From: Terriglobia bacterium
GTDB lineage: Bacteria; Acidobacteriota; Polarisedimenticolia; Polarisedimenticolales; JAIQFR01
Length of the DNA stretch: 64,000 bases
Reading direction: 5' to 3'
NCBI GenBank assembly: GCA_963748015.1
Contig: CAVVHE010000004.1
Location: 64,001-128,000, forward strand
A program made the translations under genes and the position numbers. Numbering within the stretch: the stretch's first letter is position 1; the number at the start of each line of letters is the position of its first letter. A model generated the notes under the pieces. The model was not told the DNA's origin, did not search any database, and saw nothing but the letters and a program-made list of their open reading frames with translations. Below, one piece after another: positions 1 through 11,734 of this stretch.

Positions 1-31
1 TCCTGCCGTCCACGGCCGGGTCCGCCGGCGG

Positions 32-319
32 CTAGGTCGCGAGCTCCCGCTTGTCCCGGAGGCGCCGCCAGGCCTCGGAATCCGCGGGCCGCACCCAGTC
101 CCAGCCGATGCGCGCCCAGTCGGGGTCCACGGGATCGAGCCCGAGCTCGCGGACCCCTTCGGCCAGCGTCACGAAGAACTGGGTTCCGTAAGGGAACAGG
201 TAACCGCCTTCCGCGTCGAGCGATGCCCGGGCGGCCTCGTACGCCGTGAACCAGCGGCTCACGACGGCGTCCATGCTCGGGACCCACATCGACGTGTCCT
301 TGGCACCAGATTCCGTCAA
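32..319 (-). CDS. Hypothetical protein (95 aa)
   Basis: ORF with protein-like composition, unlike the shadow frames; GGAGGGAG SD upstream; follows gdhA and its terminator. Confidence 0.6.
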   Translation of the reverse strand: MTESGAKDTSMWVPSMDAVVSRWFTAYEAARASLDAEGGYLFPYGTQFFVTLAEGVRELGLDPVDPDWARIGWDWVRPADSEAWRRLRDKRELAT

Positions 320-365
320 CTCGATCTCCCTCCATTCCGCCGAGCGATCCGGGCCCGGCCGCCGG

Positions 366-403
366 AAACAAAACGGCGCGGGAGGATCGCTCCCCCCGCG
401 CCG
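366..403 (-). terminator. Rho-independent terminator of gdhA
   Basis: CGGCGCGGG/CCCGCGCCG stem followed on the minus strand by TTTTGTTT, about 20 nt after the gdhA stop. Confidence 0.75.
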
Positions 404-424
404 CCGGAACGGTCGGAAACCGGA

Positions 425-2608
<2,184 letters not shown>

Positions 2609-2614
2609 CTACCG

Positions 2615-4414
2615 CTAGGGCAGGGGAGCGTCGGCTTCGGACGCCCTGCCGCCGTCCTGAAGCAGCTGCACCGCCAAGCCCGCGGTCGCCGGTTCCGGGC
2701 CGTTTCCGCTGGCCGCCGCACGGAGCGGCGGGATGAAGCCATGCAAGGGCTCGTCCAGCCGGGAAACCGATAGGTCCCGGCCGTCGAGCGACGCGAGGAA
2801 CTCCGGTTCGGCCGAGAGCCCGAGGAGGTCGAGGAACGTCGGAAGCAGGTCGATCAGCCTCGACCCGGCGAGAGAGGCGCCGGGGCGGACCCTCGGCCCC
2901 ACGATCAGGAGCGACGTCTCGATCGAGTCCCTGCGCAGACCCCCGTGGTCACCCTTGGTGTGACGCAGGAACGACCAGCCGGCGGCGGAGGTGAGGACGA
3001 GGTCTCCCTGCGTCGGCCCCGACGCGCAACCCTTGAGCACCAGCGGGACGGCCGCGGGGTAGGTCGTCGCCTCGGTGGCGAGGTGCCACTCGTTGAAGGA
3101 ATGGAACGCGGAGAGCGGTACCGGACCGTCGAGCGGCCCCTCGACGACGACCGCAAGCGCCGAAGCGGAGGGATCGCCGAGGTACCCCAGCGGGTCCTCC
3201 CCGGCTCCGGGGCCGACGAGATAGGCGAAGCGGCGGCTCTCGCCGCTGCCGTGCTGCACGAGCACGGCGGTCCGGCGCCCGTGCGCGCGCAGCTCGAGAC
3301 GGTCGGGAGCGAGCCGGCGGATGACGAACTCCACCCCCGGCGAGCCGGCAAGAAGTCCGGCGACCGTCTCGGTCTCGGTGGGACCGGCGGGGCCCTCCCC
3401 CCACGAGCCGTCGGCGCGGCGGAGGTAGATCTGCGTGACGTTCGAGCCGCCCGGCGCGAGAACTACGTCGGGCTTCTCGGCCCAGCGGCGCGAGAGCTTC
3501 TCGCGGATCGCGACCTGGAACACCGTGCCGAGATCCACGACCTTGAGCCCCTCGGGCTTCAGCGATTCGCGGAGGTCCACGAAGCGCTCGCTCGATTCCA
3601 TGCCGTGGTCGCCGAAGATCGCGAAGGTGGTGCCGTCGAGATAGGAGCCGCCGCCCGAGAGAGGGTACCGGTCCATCCAATCGAGCAGCTCTTCCTGCAG
3701 CAGCCGGTCGAGGTCCATGAGGGCGTCCTCGTACCGCTTGGATTCCGGCGAGCGCAGGTGACCGGCGAGGTCGACGGAATTCAGCACCAGGAAGGCCGCG
3801 CGGGGAGGAACCCCGCGAACCTCCACCATCCGGCGGAACTGCCTCAGGAGCGAGCGATCGGGGTTGTAGACCGGAAGCCGGAGCGCCTCGAGGATGCCTC
3901 CCCAGATCAGCTCGCGCCGCGAGGAGAAGCTGACGCTCCCGCCGAAGTGCCCTTCGAAGAGGCTGTAGGTGGTCTCGCTACGGGAATCGAGAAGGGTGAA
4001 CAGCGTCGGCGTGTCGTCCTCCCACGCGGCGGGCTCCAGGCTGTACCGGCGCGCGGTCCCCGACTCGCGGTCGAACGCGTGGATCGCGCGGGGCATGGCC
4101 GCGGTCCTGTCGGCGTAGCGGCCGGTGAGGAACTCGGGGACCGACGGGGCGGTGGACGACGGGAACGACGCGAGAGCGCGCCCGAGCGCCGCGGGATGCC
4201 GCGCCGTGAGCCGGGCGATGGCCGGGAGCCGGCCGGTGGCCAGGAGCCTCTCGAAGACCTCGGCGCGGAGGCCGTCCACGCAGAGGACCAGGAGGCGGGG
4301 CCGCTCCGAGGCAAGTACGGGAGCCGCGGCCAGCGCCGCGAGCAGGACCGGCAGCACGGCCAACGCGGCGACCGTCCTGCGGTGGCGCACGTGTTTCTCG
4401 ACGCGATCTCTCAT
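2615..4414 (-). CDS. Secreted alkaline phosphatase superfamily protein (nucleotide pyrophosphatase/phosphodiesterase type)
   Basis: Signal peptide; VDGLR, FPSSTAP (Thr nucleophile), DLAGH, GDHG and terminal GDHGG metal motifs. Confidence 0.85.
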   Translation of the reverse strand: MRDRVEKHVRHRRTVAALAVLPVLLAALAAAPVLASERPRLLVLCVDGLRAEVFERLLATGRLPAIARLTARHPAALGRALASFPSSTAPSVPEFLTGRYADRTAAMPRAIHAFDRESGTARRYSLEPAAWEDDTPTLFTLLDSRSETTYSLFEGHFGGSVSFSSRRELIWGGILEALRLPVYNPDRSLLRQFRRMVEVRGVPPRAAFLVLNSVDLAGHLRSPESKRYEDALMDLDRLLQEELLDWMDRYPLSGGGSYLDGTTFAIFGDHGMESSERFVDLRESLKPEGLKVVDLGTVFQVAIREKLSRRWAEKPDVVLAPGGSNVTQIYLRRADGSWGEGPAGPTETETVAGLLAGSPGVEFVIRRLAPDRLELRAHGRRTAVLVQHGSGESRRFAYLVGPGAGEDPLGYLGDPSASALAVVVEGPLDGPVPLSAFHSFNEWHLATEATTYPAAVPLVLKGCASGPTQGDLVLTSAAGWSFLRHTKGDHGGLRRDSIETSLLIVGPRVRPGASLAGSRLIDLLPTFLDLLGLSAEPEFLASLDGRDLSVSRLDEPLHGFIPPLRAAASGNGPEPATAGLAVQLLQDGGRASEADAPLP

Positions 4415-4434
4415 GCCCTTGCTTTTCCCCTTCG

Positions 4435-5456
4435 CTACGGACGGATCAGCCTCAGCGCGTCGCCCCCGTGCCTCGCCATCATGAAGAACGAGACGAGCAA
4501 GACCACGACGGCGACCAGCGCGAGCGCCTCCCACAATAGCGCGGTGGCACGATTCCGGAAAGGGCCGGGGGGCATCACGAGGCCGAGGAGGCATCCTCCC
4601 GCGAAGCCCCCCGCGTGGGACAGGAGGTCCACGCCGGGCAGCAGGCTGAAGATGAAGATGTACAACAGGTACCGCGTCATCGCGGAACGGATGTTCTGTC
4701 CGAAGACGCCGCCGCGACGGAAGCCGTAAACGAGGAGCAGACCCATCAGGCCGAGGATCGCGCTCGACGCGCCGACCGTCGGCCGCGCCCCGAAATACTG
4801 GCTCGCGAGGTTTCCGGTGATCCCGCTGAAGAGGTACGCGAGGAAGAACCTCTCGGTCCCGTACTCCTCCTCGACGAGCGGACCGAGCTGCAGCAGCACC
4901 ATCGAGTTGAAGACGATGTGGAGCACGCCCCCGTGGAGGAAGACCGGCGTCACCAGGCGCCACCATTCCCCGAGCTCGAACGTGAAGGGGCCGAACCCCG
5001 CCCCGTAGCGGAGTAGCGTGAGCACGTCGAGTCCTGGAGGAGCCGCGCCGCCCCGGCGGGGCCTCCGTCTCCCGGGCCGGCGGCCGGCGCCAGCAGCGTC
5101 AGGAGGAAGAGCAGGCCGTTCACCAGGAAGATCAGTCCGGTGACCGCGGTCGCCCCGGGAAGCACGTTCGCGACGAGGCGGCCTATCCCCGGCGCGCGAA
5201 CGCTCGCGAGCCCCCGCCCGCACTCGGTGCAGGTCCAGGCCGATTTCGGGACGAGCGCGCGGCAGGAAGGGCACATCTTGAACTGCATGCGGGCCGTGCG
5301 GGCGAGGACCTCCGCCCGGAGGCTCGCCTCGCCGAGATCCCTGCGCCGGGCGTTCCACCGCCATCGCAGGCGGGTTCCGTTGAACCCGAGGGCGTCGAGT
5401 CCCCTGGCGACGAGATCCACCATGCGATCGAGCAGTCCCGGCGACGATCCGTTCAA
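4435..5456 (-). CDS. Rhomboid intramembrane serine protease with N-terminal zinc ribbon; one frameshift near 5030-5040
   Basis: N-part (CPSC..CTEC, first TM) in ORF 4950..5456; C-part (WWRLVTPVFLH, HIVFN, GASSA, SHAGG) in ORF 4435..5484. Confidence 0.85.
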
Positions 5457-5507
5457 CCCTGCCTCCGGCTCTCGCTCCCCGCACGTCCGCGCGGAGCGGC
5501 CCTCATT

Positions 5508-5921
5508 CTACAGTCGGAGACGCGCGAGCACCGATGCGGCCGCGGCGGCCGCGAGCAGTGCCGCGGCGAAGCCGCCGGACGGCCGGGGCTTGCCGGAGAG
5601 ACCCGCGAGGAGTCCGGTCGCGCCCGCGCCGAGCGCCGCCGCGACGGCAACCGCGGCCAGCGCGGTCGCCGCGGGATCGCCGCCCAAGAGCGATTGCCTC
5701 CCCGCGGCGGGCAGTCCCAGCAGCAGGAGCACCGCGGCCGGCACCTCGATCAGCGTCCCGGCGGCCATCCACAGCCCGGCCCGGCGGGCGAGCGCCCTTG
5801 CTCCCGGCACCAGGCCTCGGCGCTCGAGCGAGCCCGCCTGGAGGAGCAACGCGCAGGCGATCGTCGTGACGGCGGCGGCCGCCGCCAGCGCGATCGAGGC
5901 CGAGGTCGAGACGGTCGGCAC
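5508..5921 (-). CDS. Small hydrophobic membrane protein
   Basis: About four hydrophobic segments; fills the gap in a co-oriented run. Confidence 0.55.
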   Translation of the reverse strand: MPTVSTSASIALAAAAAVTTIACALLLQAGSLERRGLVPGARALARRAGLWMAAGTLIEVPAAVLLLLGLPAAGRQSLLGGDPAATALAAVAVAAALGAGATGLLAGLSGKPRPSGGFAAALLAAAAAASVLARLRL

Positions 5922-5928
5922 GGCGGCG

Positions 5929-8109
5929 CTACGGTGCGGGGACCGGGTCCTGAGCCTTGAACACCACGAAGGAGCGGTCCCGGCGCGCGAGCTCGATCCC
6001 CTCGGCGACGGCCTTGATCTCGTACAGGAACCGCCCGGCGCCGAACGTGTTCGAGGGGACGACGTCGCGGACCTGCGCGCAGAGCTCCTTGCGAAGGTCG
6101 AGGTCGAGCGGGGTCAGCCGCATGACCTCCTCCCCGACGAGGCGGCGCTCCGCCCGGATGGTGGTGGGGCCGTCCTCCGCGCGGCAGACGAGCGACACGA
6201 TGGCGGCGGGGTGGTCGGCGCGCAGCGGCTGGGTCTCGGAGCGTGCGAGGGACCCGCTCGTGCGGTTCTCGGGCCCCCTGACGAAGGCGCCGGACATCGG
6301 CTCGAGGACCGCGATCGGGCCGATCGTCGCCGCCTTCCCCACCTCGGGCCATTCGCCCTCGATGCGCCGCGTGACGATCGCTCCCGTAGAGGTGTCCCGC
6401 GCGACCGCGACGACCTCGTACGGCCCGGAGCGGAAGCGTTCCACGCGCTCGAGGACGATCGGGATGCCGGTGACGTTGGTCGCGATCTTCCGCTTCGCGA
6501 TCTCGCGGGCCGAGCCTCCCTGCACGAGGGTCGCGCCGATCTCCCAGCTTCCCCTCGGGACCGTCGACGACGGCACCGCGAGCTGCACGAGGGCCGAGTA
6601 CCGGCTGCCGTCGTAACCGGTCGGGATCACCGCAGCGGACATCCTGCCGTCCTCGCTCTCGCCGCGCCGGGCGAACGCCGCGGCGAGCCGGGAAGCCTGT
6701 CGGGCCGACTCGCTCTGCACGACGATCTGGCCCCGGACCTGGACGGCGAGACCCGGCCGGCTCACGGCGACGCGGACGGGGAGGGGAAGGTCCTGCGCGA
6801 GCTTTTCCGGCGAGAAGCTGACGAGGTAGAGGCACGACAGGTCGCCGAGGATGTCGGCCGCCATCCGCTCCGCGGGCACGCCGTTCAGGAACGCCTGTCC
6901 GCCGGTCTCGAGCGCCAGGGCCTTGAGCGTGTCCTGCGCGTCCCGCACGCGGGTGGACGACGGCGCGAGCCCCTCGGCCTGAACCGAGTAGAAGCGGACC
7001 CCCTGGGAGGCGGCTTCCCTGAGCACGGCGTCGAACGCGGACTGCGCGCTGGTTCCCGCCGCCACGTCGAGCCCGGCGCGGGTTCGCCCGATCCCCAGCT
7101 CTCCCGGCCCGGAATCGGAGATCGCGCCGCGATCGGTGAACATGAGGCCGAAGTGCGCGCCCGCGTTGCGGCGGGCGGTGTCGGCGAAGTAGACCATGAT
7201 CCTCGGCGGTTCCGTCTCGGCGAGACCGGCGATGGCCGACGCGAGGCGCTTGAAGTCGTCCGCCGTCTCCAGGTCCTCGTCGCGCTCGAACTGCCGGGCG
7301 AGGCTCGCGAGCTCGGCCCACGCGTTGTCGTTGACCGCGTTGAACAGCTGGGTGCGGTCGCCGGACGATTCCTTGCCGTCCCTCCCCGGAGAGGCGTCCC
7401 AGAACAACCGCTGCCATCTCACGTTCGAGCCGAGCGCGTTGGCGCCTTGCCTCGCGGAGTCCAACCCGTCGCTCCCCGCGGTGACCGCCTTGATCACGTC
7501 GCTACCGGCCTTGATCTCCTCCCGCTGCCGGATGAGCGTGGATTCCATCTCGGCGACCCGTAGCTCCTCCTGGACCACGGACGGGTCGTTCTGCTCGGGA
7601 TCGTTTTCCACCGCGGCGATGGCGCTCAGCAACTCCTGGGGATTCGACGTCAGCTCCGCGAAGACCCGGAGCCTCCGCGCGCTCGACACCACCATTCCCC
7701 GGCTCCCGCCGGCGACCAGCCTCGGCACCATCCCCCTGGCTGCGTCGAGTGCCAATCGGCGTCCCGGCGGGGAAAGGTGGCGCTGGTCGAAGTAGAAGAG
7801 GTAGTTCAGGGGGCGCGGCGCCGGGGCGTCCGGGGCGGGCTCCGCGCCGAGCGGGGCGCACACCGCGTCGAGATCGAACGTCTCGATCCGCCGGTGCCCG
7901 ACCCAGACCTCGAAATCGGCGGGGGTCAGGCGGGACGCCGCGTCCCGCGGACCCGTGATGGTCACGTCCAGCTGCGCCAGGTGCGCTCCGGCCTTCTCGA
8001 CGAGGCCGATGCTCCGCGGCTTCGGCTCGGGAGGCGGCTCGGCGGCGCCTCCCAAGGGCACGAGCGCCGCGAGCGCGAGCGGCAGGAGCGGCGTTCCGCG
8101 GATTCTCAA
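5929..8109 (-). CDS. Secreted acidobacterial-type VWA-domain protein (paralog 2)
   Basis: TTG start overlaps the upstream TGA (TTGA); signal peptide; LAQLDVT, YLFYFD, LALETGGQAFLN, YLVSF. Confidence 0.75.
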   Translation of the reverse strand: MRIRGTPLLPLALAALVPLGGAAEPPPEPKPRSIGLVEKAGAHLAQLDVTITGPRDAASRLTPADFEVWVGHRRIETFDLDAVCAPLGAEPAPDAPAPRPLNYLFYFDQRHLSPPGRRLALDAARGMVPRLVAGGSRGMVVSSARRLRVFAELTSNPQELLSAIAAVENDPEQNDPSVVQEELRVAEMESTLIRQREEIKAGSDVIKAVTAGSDGLDSARQGANALGSNVRWQRLFWDASPGRDGKESSGDRTQLFNAVNDNAWAELASLARQFERDEDLETADDFKRLASAIAGLAETEPPRIMVYFADTARRNAGAHFGLMFTDRGAISDSGPGELGIGRTRAGLDVAAGTSAQSAFDAVLREAASQGVRFYSVQAEGLAPSSTRVRDAQDTLKALALETGGQAFLNGVPAERMAADILGDLSCLYLVSFSPEKLAQDLPLPVRVAVSRPGLAVQVRGQIVVQSESARQASRLAAAFARRGESEDGRMSAAVIPTGYDGSRYSALVQLAVPSSTVPRGSWEIGATLVQGGSAREIAKRKIATNVTGIPIVLERVERFRSGPYEVVAVARDTSTGAIVTRRIEGEWPEVGKAATIGPIAVLEPMSGAFVRGPENRTSGSLARSETQPLRADHPAAIVSLVCRAEDGPTTIRAERRLVGEEVMRLTPLDLDLRKELCAQVRDVVPSNTFGAGRFLYEIKAVAEGIELARRDRSFVVFKAQDPVPAP

Positions 8110-10220
8110 GGCGAGCCCCCCTGAGACGGCGGGGCCTGGGCCCCGGGCGCCGCGGGAGTTTCCGTGCCCCCCGCCGGCGCCGGTCCCGCGGCGACGATGA
8201 ATTTCCGCTCGCCCCGGGCGATCTCCTGGTCGCCCTTGAGCACCCGGACCTCGTACCGGAACTCGCCGGCGCCCATGGTCTTCGCGGGGACCAGATCTCG
8301 GATCTGGGCACACAGCTCGCCGCCCAGATCGAGGTTCTGAGGCTCGAAGTTGACCGACGTCTCGCCGATCAGCTTGCGCTCGGCGCGGAGCGACCCCTTC
8401 TGGTTCGCGCCGCGGCAAACCAGGGTGACGAGCGCCGTCGGGTCCTCGGGGCGGACGGGCTCGTTCTCGCCGCGGGACTTGAAGCCACGTCCCACCGTCG
8501 AGCCGTTCCGCCGGAACAGGCCGGCCATCGGCTGCAGGATCGCGAACGGCCCGATCGCGGCCGGAACGTCCCGGAGGTCGGGCCACGCGCCTTCGGACTG
8601 CTTCGAGCAGATCTGATCGGTCGAGGTCTCGTGGGCGACCGCGACGATCTCGTACTCGCCGGGGGCGAATCGCATTTCCTGCTCGAAGACGAGGGGTACG
8701 CCCGCGGCGGAGACCTCCATGCGCGCCGAGGAATCCGCTCCCACCTGGCCGTGCGAGACGACCGAGGCTCCGAGATCCCAGCTTGCCCCCTGGTACTGCG
8801 ACGCGGGGACGAGAAGCTGGACGAGCGCCCCGAACGAGCCTCCCGCGTACCCCGTGGGAATGAGGCGGACATCGAGCGGCACGTCCGAGCGGGTCACCTG
8901 AGGCGTCGAGAAGGCGCCGAGGATCCTGGAAGTCAGCCGCGCCGACTCGCTTTGAATCACGAGCCGTCCGCGCGCCTGCACCGAGACGCCCGGCTTGCTC
9001 ACCGTCACCTTGATCGGAAGCGGCTCGTCCACCTGGAGGCCGGAGGAGTCGAAGCTGAGGAGGAACACGCACGAGAGGTCCTGTAGCACCCGCATGGCGA
9101 TCTTGGCCCCGACGACCCCGTTCAGGAACGCCTGCCCGCCGGTCTCGAGCGCCATCGCCGAAAGGGTGTCCTGCGCGTCGTGGATCCTCACGGACGACGG
9201 GAGCTGCGAGTTGTTCGCGAAGTACGAGGCCCCGAACCCGACCCCCTGCGACATCGAGAGGCTGACGAGCCCCTGGGCCTCGATCGGGTAGAAGCGGATG
9301 CCGTTGGCCGCCGCCTCGGTGATGATCCGGTCCATGGTCATCGAGCCGAATCTCGCGTCGGCCTGGAGCTGGTCCGCGGAGTCGTACTTCTGGCTCGAGT
9401 CACTGAAGATGCTCAGAAAGTGCCCGCCAGGCCGCGAGCGCATCGTGTCCGCGAAGTAGAAGACCGCCTTGGGCGGATCCACGTCCGAGAGCGCGCCCAT
9501 CACCATGCTGAGGCGGTTCAGGGACTTCTGCATCTCCCAGGATTCCTCGGCCTGGTAGAAGCGGGCGCGGCCGATCGCCTGGTGCAGGCCTCCCATCGGG
9601 TCGTCGAGGATCTTGAGAACATCGTCGACGCGGCTCTCCTCCAGCGTCGCGTACGGGCTCCACTGGGCCCGATCCTTCTCGAGGCGGCCGAGCGCTTCGA
9701 GCAGCTTCGGGACGTCCGATGTGAGGGGAGCGATCGTCGCCATCTCTCGCGCGCTGCTGACGATCATTCCCGTCGCCTCGCCGGTGATCAACTTGGGAAC
9801 GATCTCGCGGGACAGGTCGAGCGCGCGCTGCCGTCCCGTCATCGTGAGGTGCGTCTGGTCGAAATAAAAGAGGTACGTCGCGGGACGGGACCGCACGGGG
9901 ATCTGCTTCGCCACGGACGGGGTGGGCGCCGCCCCCGGGGAGTCCTCCTGGGGCTGCTGGGCCGAGGGCTGGCAGACGCGGTCGACGATCACGCCCTCGA
10001 TCTTCCGGAACAGGATCTTGACCGTGAAGTCGTCGGGACCGAGCGTCTCGAGAATTTCCGGCTTTCCGGTCAAGGTCACGTCGATCTGCGCGAGGTGGGT
10101 GCTCGCCTTCTCCACGAGCCCGATCCGCTTCGGCTCTTCCGCCGCGCGCGGCACCTCGGACGTCCCGCCGGCGAGGAGGACCGCGAGCACCGCGATCCCG
10201 TCCCTGACGGACTTCCTCAT
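8106..10220 (-). CDS. Secreted acidobacterial-type VWA-domain protein (paralog 1)
   Basis: Signal peptide; LAQIDVT, YLFYFD, MALETGGQAFLN; collinear similarity to the downstream gene. Confidence 0.8.
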   Translation of the reverse strand: MRKSVRDGIAVLAVLLAGGTSEVPRAAEEPKRIGLVEKASTHLAQIDVTLTGKPEILETLGPDDFTVKILFRKIEGVIVDRVCQPSAQQPQEDSPGAAPTPSVAKQIPVRSRPATYLFYFDQTHLTMTGRQRALDLSREIVPKLITGEATGMIVSSAREMATIAPLTSDVPKLLEALGRLEKDRAQWSPYATLEESRVDDVLKILDDPMGGLHQAIGRARFYQAEESWEMQKSLNRLSMVMGALSDVDPPKAVFYFADTMRSRPGGHFLSIFSDSSQKYDSADQLQADARFGSMTMDRIITEAAANGIRFYPIEAQGLVSLSMSQGVGFGASYFANNSQLPSSVRIHDAQDTLSAMALETGGQAFLNGVVGAKIAMRVLQDLSCVFLLSFDSSGLQVDEPLPIKVTVSKPGVSVQARGRLVIQSESARLTSRILGAFSTPQVTRSDVPLDVRLIPTGYAGGSFGALVQLLVPASQYQGASWDLGASVVSHGQVGADSSARMEVSAAGVPLVFEQEMRFAPGEYEIVAVAHETSTDQICSKQSEGAWPDLRDVPAAIGPFAILQPMAGLFRRNGSTVGRGFKSRGENEPVRPEDPTALVTLVCRGANQKGSLRAERKLIGETSVNFEPQNLDLGGELCAQIRDLVPAKTMGAGEFRYEVRVLKGDQEIARGERKFIVAAGPAPAGGTETPAAPGAQAPPSQGGSP

Positions 10221-10331
10221 CCTGCGTCCTCCCGGCCCGGCGGGCCGCTCCTACCTTTACTCGCTCGAAACGGGGCGGTCAAGGCGCGCTTTTCCCCCGA
10301 ACGGCCTGCTGCGGTTGCCGCGCAGCAACCT

Positions 10332-11105
10332 TCATCCTTTCCGGTGCACGTGCGTCGCCGACGCCTGGTCCGTGGGCAGGACGACCAATTCCGCGACCTG
10401 GACGTGGTCCGGCCGCGTGGCCACGAACACCACGATCTCCGCAACGTCGTCCCCCGAAAGAGGCGTCACCCCCTTGTACACCCCCGCGGCCCGGTCCCCG
10501 TCCCCGTGGAAGCGCACCTCGCTGAACTCGGTGAGGACCATGCCGGGCTCGACGCACGCGACGCGGACCCCCGTTCCGAGAAGGTCGATCCGGAGCCCCG
10601 CGGACAGGGCGGCGACGGCCGCCTTGGTCGCGCAGTAGACGTTTCCTCCCGGGTAGGCTTGCCGTCCTGCGATCGACCCGATGTGCACGACGGTGCCCCT
10701 CCGCCTCGCGGCCATGAGCGGGACCACCGCGCGGTCCACGTGGAGGAGCCCCTTGACGTTGGTGTCGATCATCTCGTTCCAGTCGCCGAGGTCGCCCTCG
10801 TGCAGCTTGTCGAGCCCCCGGGAGAGACCCGCGTTGTTCACGAGAACCTCCACCGCCTTCCAATCGTCCGGAAGGCCGTCCACCGCGGCCCGGACCTCGT
10901 CGGCGTGCCGCGTGTCGAGCCGGAGAACGCGCACCTCGGCGGCGCCCGCGGCGAGGAGCGATCCGACCTCGGCCGTGATCCTCTCGGCGCGCCGGGCCGC
11001 GAGGAGGAGCCTCGCCCCTTCCCGGGCGAAGGCCCGGGCGCAGGCGGCGCCGATCCCGCTGCTGGCTCCCGTGACGAAAACCACCTGGCCTTTCACTCTC
11101 GACAT
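10332..11105 (-). CDS. NADP-dependent SDR oxidoreductase (YdfG-like)
   Basis: TGASSGIG, NNAG, YCATK, EPGMVLTEFSEVRF. Confidence 0.92.
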   Translation of the reverse strand: MSRVKGQVVFVTGASSGIGAACARAFAREGARLLLAARRAERITAEVGSLLAAGAAEVRVLRLDTRHADEVRAAVDGLPDDWKAVEVLVNNAGLSRGLDKLHEGDLGDWNEMIDTNVKGLLHVDRAVVPLMAARRRGTVVHIGSIAGRQAYPGGNVYCATKAAVAALSAGLRIDLLGTGVRVACVEPGMVLTEFSEVRFHGDGDRAAGVYKGVTPLSGDDVAEIVVFVATRPDHVQVAELVVLPTDQASATHVHRKG

Positions 11106-11230
11106 GCGCTTCCTCCCCGGGATGTGAACCAGCATAAAGACTACCTGATCCGGCTCCCGTCGTCCCCCTACGAAGCCTCTCGTTGCGAGGCGGAAGGGCG
11201 CGGCGTATAAGAGTCGCAGCGGAGGAATGC

Positions 11231-11734
11231 ATGAAATCGAGCCGGATCGCCTCGACGGGGGCCTTCGCCCTCGTCCTCGTCATCGTTTCTCTCGCCTCCT
11301 TCACCCGCGCCGCTTCGCCGGAGGGGCGGTGGCGCCTGGTGGAGCAGCGCTACGAGGCCGGGGCGGCCAACACGATGGCCGACGGCCCCGCGCTCCGCCT
11401 CGAGTTCACGCGAGACGGAGGCCGGCTGGCCGCGCGGATGTGGGCCGGGGACGATTCCTCCGCCGCGGTTCCCTGGCCCGCGTTCTCGGCGAGCGAGGGG
11501 AAGCGCGACGCCCTCGTGCTCGAGCGCGGCGAGGACGCGCTCGCCGGGGAGGTGGCGGTTCGCTACCGGATTCCTCCCGCTGCCGGAGACGACCTCGTTC
11601 TCGAGGTGACCGAGCGGTACAAGGTCTCCTCCGACGGCGAGACGCTCGAGGGAACCGTGGAGGTGAAGTTCCTGGGGGGCGACAAGAACCGCGGCGGCTA
11701 CACGCTCCACCGCCGCTTCGAGAGGGAGAAATGA
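11231..11734 (+). CDS. Secreted hypothetical protein
   Basis: GGAGG SD; signal peptide; ATGA overlap with next gene. Confidence 0.7.
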   Translation: MKSSRIASTGAFALVLVIVSLASFTRAASPEGRWRLVEQRYEAGAANTMADGPALRLEFTRDGGRLAARMWAGDDSSAAVPWPAFSASEGKRDALVLERGEDALAGEVAVRYRIPPAAGDDLVLEVTERYKVSSDGETLEGTVEVKFLGGDKNRGGYTLHRRFEREK

